From assembly GCA_035317045.1 (NCBI GenBank), contig DATHHT010000017.1: a stretch of DNA of 64,000 bases, one strand, 5' to 3'. The position numbers and the translations under genes are program-made. The number at the start of each line of letters is the position of its first letter. The first letter of the stretch is position 1. Shown here piece by piece: positions 28,329-35,826 of this stretch. The DNA comes from Terracidiphilus sp. GTDB taxonomy: Bacteria; Acidobacteriota; Terriglobia; Terriglobales; Acidobacteriaceae. The notes beneath the pieces are model-generated. The model was not told the origin of the DNA, ran no database searches, and saw nothing but the letters and a program-made list of their open reading frames with translations.

Positions 28329-28366
28329 GACCCCACGAACCAGGACCTGTTCGCAGGGACCCCGCG
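28329..28366 (+). repeat. CCCCACGAAC...GTTCG-type REP
   Basis: gaccccacgaaccaggacctgttcgcagggaccccg; related copy at 45104-45133. Confidence 0.6.
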
Positions 28367-28607
28367 ACATACCGCGAGAGGAAGTAATTTGGTTTTCCTA
28401 GTTGAACGGGAAAACGTGTATAGAGGGCAGTTTCATAGCTAAGGGGCGTTGTGTCAAGAACTGGTTTGAGTTAGGCGAGGTTTGGGTGGGATCGCGAACC
28501 GGAAAAGTGCCGAGGGGAGTGACAAGAATTTGAAGCGGTCAACATGAGGGATTTCGATATTGAACGTGAGCAGCATCGATGATCGATTTGCGGCGTGTGA
28601 AGGAAAA

Positions 28608-28663
28608 GCAACTGCAGGTTCCTCCGCTCCACTCGTTGCGCTTGTGATTGGTCAGAATGACAC
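28608..28663 (+). repeat. GCAGGTTCCTC...GAATGACA REP
   Basis: Same ends as the copies at 19627, 41718, 42543 and 63673. Confidence 0.7.
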
Positions 28664-28746
28664 GTTCCCGGCGTGGCGAGGGAAGGACGCGGGGGAGGGA
28701 GGATGCAGGTGGATCACGTTGGAGTTCTTCGCAGTACACTCAGCAT

Positions 28747-30003
28747 ATGAATCAGCGCACCACAAGGCGCGTGAGTTTGACGGCACTGTTGGGGACGCTG
28801 GTGACGGATGCGCAGGGACAGGTGCGCGGCAAGCTGAAGGACGTTGCCGTCGCGACAGGGGCTGAAGCGGGGCAGGTTGCAGGACTGGTGCTGAAGACGC
28901 GCACGGGTCTGTTGCTGGTGCCTTCGCAGGATGTGCATGAGACGCCTGCGGGAACGCTCGAACTGACGTCGACGGATACGCTGGTGCCGTTGCAGGACCA
29001 GGGCAACTACCTCTACCTGCAGCAGGATTTGGTGGACAGACAGATCATCGACATTCACGGGCGCAAGGTGGTTCGCGTGAATGACGTCGATCTGGAGTGG
29101 AAGGAAGAAGGCACCAAGCATACGCTGCGGGTGGCCGAGGTGGAAGTAGGGCTGCGCGGGGCATTCCGGCGGGTGTTCAAAGGATTGCTGCCGAGGACAT
29201 CGCTCGAGGTGCTGTCGCGCAAGTTCAAAGAGCGCGGGATTCCGTGGCAGTTTGTGGATGTGATCGAGGTGGATCCGGCGCGGCGGGTCAAGCTGCGCAT
29301 CGAGTACGAGCGGCTGGCTGAGATGCACCCGTCCGACCTGGCGGAGATTCTGGAAGACCTGGCTCCCGCGGAGCGCGACGCCGTTTTTACATCGCTCGAT
29401 GAAGAAGTGGCGGCGGAGACACTGGAGGAGGTCGATCCAAAGCTGCAGATTTCTCTGCTCGAGAAACTGGACGAAGAAAAGATCGCCGACATTGTGGAGG
29501 AGATGGATCCTGGAGCGGCGGCGGATTTGCTGGCCGAGCTTTCGGAGGAACGGTCGGACGCGATTCTGGAAGAAATGGAACCGGAGGAGCGGCAGGAGGT
29601 CGCAGAGTTGCTCGAGTTTGACGAGCACTCGGCGGCCGGCGCGATGACGACGGACTTTGTCTATCTTGGCACGGATGCGACGGTATCGCAGGTGGGGCCG
29701 GCGCTGCGCAGCTTCGACGGGGACATTGAGACGGTGACCGAGATTTATCTCCTGGACGAGAAGCGCGTGCTGAAAGGGTCGGTTCCGCTGGCGCGGCTGG
29801 TAGTGGCGCAGCCGGATGCACGTCTTTCAGTGCTGGCGGAGGCGCGGGTGCTGTCGTGCCCGGCGGACATGAAGCAGATCGATTTGGCGGAGATGTTCGA
29901 TAAATATAATCTGCATGCGCTGCCGGTGGTGGATACGCAGGGGCGCATGGTGGGCGTGGTGACGGCCGATCACGTGATCAGTTTCCTTCGCGAAAAATTG
30001 TAG
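28747..30003 (+). CDS. Soluble MgtE N-terminal/PRC-barrel/CBS-pair protein (no TM domain)
   Basis: QIIDIHGRKVVRVND, LAEMHPSDLAEILE, SAAGAMTTDF, KYNLHALPVVD; ends without membrane helices. Confidence 0.88.
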   Translation: MNQRTTRRVSLTALLGTLVTDAQGQVRGKLKDVAVATGAEAGQVAGLVLKTRTGLLLVPSQDVHETPAGTLELTSTDTLVPLQDQGNYLYLQQDLVDRQIIDIHGRKVVRVNDVDLEWKEEGTKHTLRVAEVEVGLRGAFRRVFKGLLPRTSLEVLSRKFKERGIPWQFVDVIEVDPARRVKLRIEYERLAEMHPSDLAEILEDLAPAERDAVFTSLDEEVAAETLEEVDPKLQISLLEKLDEEKIADIVEEMDPGAAADLLAELSEERSDAILEEMEPEERQEVAELLEFDEHSAAGAMTTDFVYLGTDATVSQVGPALRSFDGDIETVTEIYLLDEKRVLKGSVPLARLVVAQPDARLSVLAEARVLSCPADMKQIDLAEMFDKYNLHALPVVDTQGRMVGVVTADHVISFLREKL

Positions 30004-30020
30004 TTGCCTTTGCGGAGGTC

Positions 30021-30191
30021 GTGTTACCCTTCACAGAAATCTGCCTTGAAACGATCAAAGAATACATACTTGGAACGATGCTCTTCGTCGTGTTGACCAT
30101 CGATGTGGCCGCGATTGTGGTTTTGGCGAGGCGCGATGTATTCAAGGCGTTCTCGGTCGAAGGTGACGATACGCAAATGCTTTGGATGTGA
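30021..30191 (+). CDS. Putative small single-TM protein (up to 56 aa)
   Basis: Open frame with TM-like YILGTMLFVVLTIDVAAIVVLA; start uncertain (GTG 30021 or ATG 30078). Confidence 0.3.
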   Translation: MLPFTEICLETIKEYILGTMLFVVLTIDVAAIVVLARRDVFKAFSVEGDDTQMLWM

Positions 30192-30218
30192 GTGGACATT
30201 TAAACCATCAGGAGGAGT

Positions 30219-30749
30219 ATGCCGCCATTACAACCGATCAAGACGTATGTACCGCAGCAGACGCAGACAGGGCCAAATCGCGAACGCGGCGATCATGTGG
30301 AGCAATACAAACTGCCGACGCTGATCCGGGTGTTTATCTGGCTCCTGGTGTTTCGTTCAGTGGTAAACCTGATATTCGGATTGACGTTGGGGTTGGCGCC
30401 GGACACGGATGCGGCGAACTATATTCTGGCGAATTTTGATCCGTGGCCGAAGGCGGTGTCAGCTGAAGCAGTTTTCTACATCACGGCGCTGCTCTACGGT
30501 GTGATGGCGTGGCGGTGGTATAGCCGCGACTGGAAGGTGCGGTGGGTGGTGATGTTCATGTCCGGAGCGACAGCAATAAAGCTGCTCATCAATTATGCCG
30601 CCAACCAGGCGGCAGGAAATCCGACGCCGATGTCGCCGGGGCAGGAAGCGGCGCTCTTCATCAGTGTGGGGGTCAATTTTCTGATTTGCGGATACCTTGC
30701 GTTCTATCCGGGGATGGCGCAGGCATTCAAGGAGACACCGTGGGATTGA
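30219..30749 (+). CDS. Hypothetical membrane protein (4 TM)
   Basis: AGGAGG SD and four hydrophobic segments. Confidence 0.75.
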   Translation: MPPLQPIKTYVPQQTQTGPNRERGDHVEQYKLPTLIRVFIWLLVFRSVVNLIFGLTLGLAPDTDAANYILANFDPWPKAVSAEAVFYITALLYGVMAWRWYSRDWKVRWVVMFMSGATAIKLLINYAANQAAGNPTPMSPGQEAALFISVGVNFLICGYLAFYPGMAQAFKETPWD

Positions 30750-30886
30750 GACGGGATTGCTCAGTCCCGTCAGTCAGTTAGCAGGCCGGTTGATCAGCCA
30801 TTCGGGTGATGCGGAGTTTGACTGATACGCACTGGTTACCAGCTTCACTGGCAGCTCCAAATTAAAGACCGATATCGAACAGAATA

Positions 30887-30902
30887 TGTGAAACAATTCA
30901 AG
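30887..30902. promoter_or_regulatory. Possible Rex- or CRP/FNR-type site
   Basis: TGTGAA-ACAA-TTCAAG overlapping the start region of the flavoenzyme gene. Confidence 0.3.
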
Positions 30903-30903
30903 G

Positions 30904-32382
30904 ATGGTCCAACTTCCACGGATTATTCAAGGCGGAATGGGTGTCGGTGTGTCCAACTGGCGCCTGGCGCAGACCGTCTCAAAACTGGGACAGCTTGGCG
31001 TCGTGTCGGGTACTGCGGTTGACCAGGTACTGGTGCGGCGGCTGGCCGATGGTGACAAGGACGGCCAAATGCGCAGGGGATTGGACGCTTTTCCGTTCCC
31101 CGAGATGGCGAGGAAGATCTGGAACGACTACTTTGTTCCCGGCGGAAAGCCGAGTGGAATACCGTATCCGACGACGCAAATGCACCAGCGGCGCGACTCG
31201 CGCAACCTGCTTGAATTGCTGATGGTAAGCAACTTTGTTGAAGTATTTCTTGCGCGCCAGGGGCACTTGAACAAGGTTGGGGTGAACTTTCTGGAAAAGG
31301 TGCAATTGCCCCATTTGGCGTCGATATATGGAGCGATGCTGGCGGGTGTGGGGTACGTGCTGATGGGCGCGGGAATCCCGCTGCACATTCCGGGGGTGCT
31401 GGACAATCTGGCCGCGGGAAAGCCGGCGGAGTACCGGCTGGCGGTGACGGGAGCTGCTGCGACCCAGGACACGATGATGCGGTTCGATCCGGCGGAGTTT
31501 GCGGACGGACGGGTGCCGCTTTTGGAACGGCCGCGGTTTCTGGCGATTGTCTCGTCGAATACGCTGGCAACGACCATGCTGCGGCGTGCAAGTGGGCGCG
31601 TGGACGGACTGGTGATTGAGAGCCCGACGGCGGGAGGGCACAATGCTCCGCCGCGCGGAAAGCTGCAGCTGAATGAAGCGGGCGAACCGATCTACGGCGA
31701 ACGGGACAAGGTGAATATTGCGGAGATGCGCGAGCTGGGTGTTCCCTTCTGGCTGGCCGGCGGCTATGGGCATGCGGACAAAGTGAAGGAAGCCGTCGAC
31801 ATGGGCGCAGCAGGCGTGCAGGTGGGTACGGCGTTTGCATTCAGCGAGGAATCGGGGATGCGGGCGGACTTGAAGCGGACCCTGCTGGGGCAGGCGATAG
31901 CGGGGACGGGGAAGGTGTTCACGGATCCACTGGCATCGCCGACGGGGTTTCCGTTCAAGGTAGCGCAGCTTGCCGGGTCCTATTCAGACGAAGGCGTTGC
32001 GCAGGCGCGGACGCGGGTTTGCGATCTGGGGTATTTGCGTGAACCGTACGCGATAGGCGAGGACAAGATCGGGTATCGCTGCTCGGCCGAGCCTGTGGCA
32101 AACTATGTAGCCAAGGGCGGCAAGATTGAAGACACGGTTGGCCGGAAGTGCTTGTGCAATGCGCTGATGGCGAACATTGGCCACGCGCAGACGCGCAAGG
32201 ACGGTTCGGCTGAACCGCCATTGGTAACGATCGGCGACGATTTGAATACCGCGTCGCAGTTTCTCGAGGCGGGTCAATTGAGCTATTCGGCAGTGGACGT
32301 GGTGAACGAGCTGCTGAGCAAAGTTGATTTGGAGCCGCAACCGCTGCAGATGCAGGCTGAATTTGAAACCGCAACGGCCTGA
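30904..32382 (+). CDS. Nitronate monooxygenase / FabK-like flavoenzyme
   Basis: IIQGGMGVGVS, AGGH, LAGG, GVQVGTAF; C-terminal CDLGYLR...CLCN. Confidence 0.85.
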   Translation: MVQLPRIIQGGMGVGVSNWRLAQTVSKLGQLGVVSGTAVDQVLVRRLADGDKDGQMRRGLDAFPFPEMARKIWNDYFVPGGKPSGIPYPTTQMHQRRDSRNLLELLMVSNFVEVFLARQGHLNKVGVNFLEKVQLPHLASIYGAMLAGVGYVLMGAGIPLHIPGVLDNLAAGKPAEYRLAVTGAAATQDTMMRFDPAEFADGRVPLLERPRFLAIVSSNTLATTMLRRASGRVDGLVIESPTAGGHNAPPRGKLQLNEAGEPIYGERDKVNIAEMRELGVPFWLAGGYGHADKVKEAVDMGAAGVQVGTAFAFSEESGMRADLKRTLLGQAIAGTGKVFTDPLASPTGFPFKVAQLAGSYSDEGVAQARTRVCDLGYLREPYAIGEDKIGYRCSAEPVANYVAKGGKIEDTVGRKCLCNALMANIGHAQTRKDGSAEPPLVTIGDDLNTASQFLEAGQLSYSAVDVVNELLSKVDLEPQPLQMQAEFETATA

Positions 32383-32431
32383 TTTCTCATTTTAAAAAAG
32401 ACGATGCGTCGGGATGAGATTGAAGGATGAA

Positions 32432-32505
32432 GCAGATCCTTCGCGACGCTTACCCCGTCGCGTTTCCGCGTCAGGGCCCCAGGCGTGTGTCGCTCAGGAT
32501 GACAC
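32432..32505 (+). repeat. GCAGATCCTTCGCG...CAGGATGACAC REP
   Basis: Same subfamily as 26972 and 40194. Confidence 0.8.
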
Positions 32506-32528
32506 AGTTGCAAGTCAGCGCCTCGCGG

Positions 32529-33071
32529 TCAGGATGGTTTGTTGGATTGAAACATCCAGCGGACGCCGAACTTGTCGTTGAGTGCGCCGTAGGCTCCGAA
32601 GAACATTTCCCGCAGAGGATCGGTGACATCGGCGCCTTCGGAAAGTTTTTCGAAGAGGGAGTCCAAGTCCTCGAACGTTCCACCACTCAAGTAAAGACAA
32701 ACCGTGTTGCCACGAACCGGGGTGCGATTGGGCATCAGCCAATCGGATGCCGAGATTTCAATCGCACTGCTGCGCAGACGAGCGTTGATCGTCTTGTCCT
32801 GCTGGAACGCGGGCATGTGGTCCTTCGCGGGCGAATCCTTCACTTTGGTTGATGTGAGTTCTCCGCCGAAGACGGATTTGTAGAACTCCATGGCGTCGTG
32901 GCAGGTGCCCTCGAATAAGAGGTAAGGGGTCAGGGTCATCATGTCTTCTCCTTGTGAGGGCGCGATGGGGGCGCCGGCAATTGAGGGCGCGGGTAAGGTT
33001 GCCAGCGCAGCGGCTGGAACTGCGATGGCGACGAATTTGCGGCGCGAGAGGCTGGTGAATTTGGGCATCAT
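32529..33071 (-). CDS. VOC/PhnB-like protein, optionally with a Tat-like leader
   Basis: LTPYLLFEG.C.DAMEFYKSVFGG, FFGAYGAL.DKFGVRWM; strong SD start at 32942; upstream in-frame SRRKF leader from 33071. Confidence 0.85.
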   Translation of the reverse strand: MMPKFTSLSRRKFVAIAVPAAALATLPAPSIAGAPIAPSQGEDMMTLTPYLLFEGTCHDAMEFYKSVFGGELTSTKVKDSPAKDHMPAFQQDKTINARLRSSAIEISASDWLMPNRTPVRGNTVCLYLSGGTFEDLDSLFEKLSEGADVTDPLREMFFGAYGALNDKFGVRWMFQSNKPS

Positions 33072-33140
33072 CTTTTCTCTGAAGGCGATGCAATCCTGAC
33101 GCTGGAGCGGAATTAAGTTGGCTGGCCGAACTGGTAGATT

Positions 33141-33171
33141 CCCACCCTTGCTACGCAAGGATGGGGCACCC
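33141..33171 (+). repeat. GGGGCACCC REP
   Basis: cccacccttgctacgcaaggatggggcaccc. Confidence 0.85.
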
Positions 33172-33180
33172 AGATTTTGG

Positions 33181-33540
33181 CTAGCGGGCTTCGTCTTCTT
33201 CAGCTAAAAATGCGCCGAGGCGATCGAGCTTTCGTTCCCAGGCGGTGCGATGATCGCGAATCCATTGCTCGAGTGCGCGAAAGCCGACGGGCTCAATGCG
33301 GCAGGTTCTTACGCGGCCGAGCTTCTCAGTGTGCACTAGCCTGGCCTCCGCGAGGATCTGCAAGTGCTGCGCGACGGCGGTGAGTGTGACGCCGAGGGGT
33401 TCCGCAAGACGCGAGACGGACATAGGACCGCTGGTGAGGCGGTCGAGGATCGCACGGCGTGTGGGATCTCCGAGTGCATGGAACAGGAGGTCGATTTGCT
33501 GCGGCGTTGTGGGTATTGCGTGTTTGATTTTGGGCGACAT
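33181..33540 (-). CDS. ArsR/SmtB-family regulator
   Basis: FHALGDPTRRAIL...AVAQHLQILAEARLV...GRVRTC. Confidence 0.92.
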   Translation of the reverse strand: MSPKIKHAIPTTPQQIDLLFHALGDPTRRAILDRLTSGPMSVSRLAEPLGVTLTAVAQHLQILAEARLVHTEKLGRVRTCRIEPVGFRALEQWIRDHRTAWERKLDRLGAFLAEEDEAR

Positions 33541-33542
33541 GG

Positions 33543-34013
33543 TCAGCTTGCCAGGTTTTTTGCGAGGCGGTCGAAGAGGCTGCGCCAGCCTTGCTCAATC
33601 ATTCCCGGGCCGTCGGGCCAATCGATGTACGTTCCTTGATTGGTAAATACGAGGTTAGTGCCGGATGCTGAGGGGACGAACTCGAAGGTGAGGACTGCGA
33701 TCAGGATGGGCTTGCCGTTCAGGGACATTTTCGTGGTGGTGACGATTCGATTCTCGGGAGTGATGTCCTGGTAGGTGGACTCGTTGGCGATTTCAGAGCC
33801 GGCGATGGGGTGGCCTTCCTTGAAGCGGTAACGGAAGCGCTCGGTGCCGCCAACGCGGAATTCCATCTCGAATTCTTGAATTTCGTGATCGCCTTCGGCG
33901 TACCAGCGGCGCTTGCGGGCGGGTTGGGTGAAAGCTGCGAAAACGCGGTCAGGGGGTTGGGGGTAGTTGCGATCGATAACGAAGGTGCTGTGAACGACGG
34001 TTGGATCGGACAT
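33543..34013 (-). CDS. SRPBCC/AHSA1-domain protein
   Basis: HSTFVIDRNY..PPDRVFAAF, EFRVGG, EQGWRSLFDRL. Confidence 0.9.
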   Translation of the reverse strand: MSDPTVVHSTFVIDRNYPQPPDRVFAAFTQPARKRRWYAEGDHEIQEFEMEFRVGGTERFRYRFKEGHPIAGSEIANESTYQDITPENRIVTTTKMSLNGKPILIAVLTFEFVPSASGTNLVFTNQGTYIDWPDGPGMIEQGWRSLFDRLAKNLAS

Positions 34014-34035
34014 TTGGATACCTCCTGCGTATTTA

Positions 34036-34083
34036 ATAGTGAAGCAACTACTTCAGTATCGGGCAGACCTGGAAAATTGTCAA
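34036..34083 (-). promoter_or_regulatory. Sigma70-like promoter with overlapping ArsR operator
   Basis: TTGACA (34078-34083), 17 nt, then GATACT; palindrome ATAgTGAAG-CAACTA-CTTCAgTAT at 34036-34059. Confidence 0.6.
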
Positions 34084-34152
34084 GTGGGGACTTCAGTATT
34101 TTGGGGAGTGTCCGAAGAACCTCATTTAGGAGATCCTTCGGCTTGCATCCCT

Positions 34153-34184
34153 CCCAGGTCTCAGAAGCGAGGCCTGGGGCACCC
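34153..34184 (+). repeat. GGGGCACCC REP (CCCAGGTCTC variant)
   Basis: cccaggtctcagaagcgaggcctggggcaccc. Confidence 0.85.
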
Positions 34185-34206
34185 GGCGTGATTTATTCGG
34201 GGAGTT

Positions 34207-35097
34207 CTAGGTGCGGGTGGCGCTGACGATGTAGTAGGCAAGGGGACCGATGGGGTGGCCGACGAAGGGCAGGAGGATGGGGGCGAGAATGTTGTTCCAG
34301 CGGGCTCGGGTCATTTTTCGTTGGCCGAAGATGACGGAGGTCAGAAGGAATTTGAGGGTGACCCAGGGGACGTGAAGGACGGACGGAGTGACACGGGATT
34401 GGATCTGTTCGATTGCGATTTCTGTGAAACCGGCGCGTTGAAGTTCGCGGGTGAATGCGTGAATCTCGCCAAGGTCTTCGATGACCCAGCAATCGCAGAG
34501 TTTTCGATAGATGGATTGTTGCAAGCCGCGGAGTTTTCCGGCACCGAGAAAGCCGTCAGCGACGACGAAGCGGCCTCCCGGGCGAAGGAGACGATAGGCT
34601 TCGCGGATGAGGCGGGATTTGCTGCGGCCGGCGCTGTAGCAGCTGCTCTCAATGGCGCAGATGGCGTCGAAGGATTCTGAAGGGTAGGCTGTGTGTTCGT
34701 AGTTGCCGAGATTCAGGGTGATGTTTGTCGATTGCGGGGTGGATTGGTTGAGGAGACGGCCTTGCTCAAGCTGCCAGTGAACGAGAGTGATGCCGTGCAG
34801 ATCGGCTGTGGGAAGGCGGCGGGCGAAGCTGCGGAGCGTGGCGCCAAGGCCGCAGCCCATGTCGAGAATGCGGGGATGATCGCTGGAGGTTTGCAAGCGA
34901 TCAAGGACTTCGCGATTCATCTGCTCGAGCATCGCTTCGCGATTGAAGGGATTCATGCAAGAGCGGAAGAATCCGAAGTGCATGTTGAAGTGCGGGCTCC
35001 ATGCAGCGTAGTCGGGGCCGGCTTCTTCATAGTATCGCTGGAAGTTGTCGGAAGTGTATTCGACTTTTGGTGCGATGGCGGTGAGAGTGGCAGGCAT
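34207..35097 (-). CDS. Class I SAM-dependent methyltransferase (sterol/tocopherol-MT-like)
   Basis: NMHFGF, ILDMGCGLG, FDAICAIES, LLRPGGRFVVAD. Confidence 0.88.
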   Translation of the reverse strand: MPATLTAIAPKVEYTSDNFQRYYEEAGPDYAAWSPHFNMHFGFFRSCMNPFNREAMLEQMNREVLDRLQTSSDHPRILDMGCGLGATLRSFARRLPTADLHGITLVHWQLEQGRLLNQSTPQSTNITLNLGNYEHTAYPSESFDAICAIESSCYSAGRSKSRLIREAYRLLRPGGRFVVADGFLGAGKLRGLQQSIYRKLCDCWVIEDLGEIHAFTRELQRAGFTEIAIEQIQSRVTPSVLHVPWVTLKFLLTSVIFGQRKMTRARWNNILAPILLPFVGHPIGPLAYYIVSATRT

Positions 35098-35642
35098 TAG
35101 TCCAACCTCCGTCTGCGGGATTTGGGGAGGAAGCGGGTGATGCCGCTGCCGATGCTGATGAGGGAGTGAAGGCTGGCGGGCGGCAGCTTTTTGATTTGGG
35201 TGTACCAGCCGTGGAGTTCTTCGAGGAAGAGCTGCATGGCGGTGATGCGGGCGGTGACGAGAGGCTGTGCGGGGCGCTCGGCGCGGGTTTGGACGACGAG
35301 GCGTTGGAGCATCGTCATGGTAGGGATGATCTCGCGTTCGACGCGCTGATCGACGACGGTGAGGAAGAGCGTCCAGACGTCGGCGTTGGTGCGGAAGTAG
35401 TCGCGGCGGTCGCCCATGCGGCTGTCGATTTGAACGAGGTTCCAGTTCTGCAGTTCCTTGAGGCTGTTGCTGACGTTGGAGCGCGCGACGGAGAGGGCGT
35501 CGGCGATGTCTTCGGCGATGAGGGGTTCAGCGGAGAGGTAGAGCAGGGCGTGAACCTGGGCGACGGTGCGGTTGACTCCCCAGCGAGCGCCCATTTCGCC
35601 CCAGTGGAGGATGAATTCCTGCATGGAACTGGTCAGCGTCAT
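35097..35642 (-). CDS. GbsR/MarR-family regulator
   Basis: FILHWGEMGARWGVNRTVAQVHALLYL, RSNVSNSLKEL, DRRDYF. Confidence 0.9.
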   Translation of the reverse strand: MTLTSSMQEFILHWGEMGARWGVNRTVAQVHALLYLSAEPLIAEDIADALSVARSNVSNSLKELQNWNLVQIDSRMGDRRDYFRTNADVWTLFLTVVDQRVEREIIPTMTMLQRLVVQTRAERPAQPLVTARITAMQLFLEELHGWYTQIKKLPPASLHSLISIGSGITRFLPKSRRRRLD

Positions 35643-35651
35643 GCGTTCATT

Positions 35652-35689
35652 ATATCAGATATTTCTGTCATGACTGAAATATCTGATAT
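35652..35689. promoter_or_regulatory. 38-bp palindromic operator of the GbsR-like regulator
   Basis: ATATCAGATATTTC-T-GTCATGAC-T-GAAATATCTGATAT with one mismatch; overlaps TATAAT at 35649-35654 (minus strand). Confidence 0.8.
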
Positions 35690-35721
35690 TGCAGATTAAT
35701 TTGGAGTTCGGAGAATTAGAA

Positions 35722-35786
35722 GCGCATCCTTCGCTTACCACCCCCGAACTGAACTACGTTTGTGGCCCCTTGCGCTCAGGATGACA
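35722..35786 (+). repeat. GC(A/G)CATCCTTCG...CCCCGAACTGAACTACGTTT...CAGGATGACA REP
   Basis: Same subfamily as 19727 and 43031. Confidence 0.8.
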
Positions 35787-35826
35787 GCGGCTCGGGCGGT
35801 GGGGTGCGACAGGCGGTGGGACGGCC

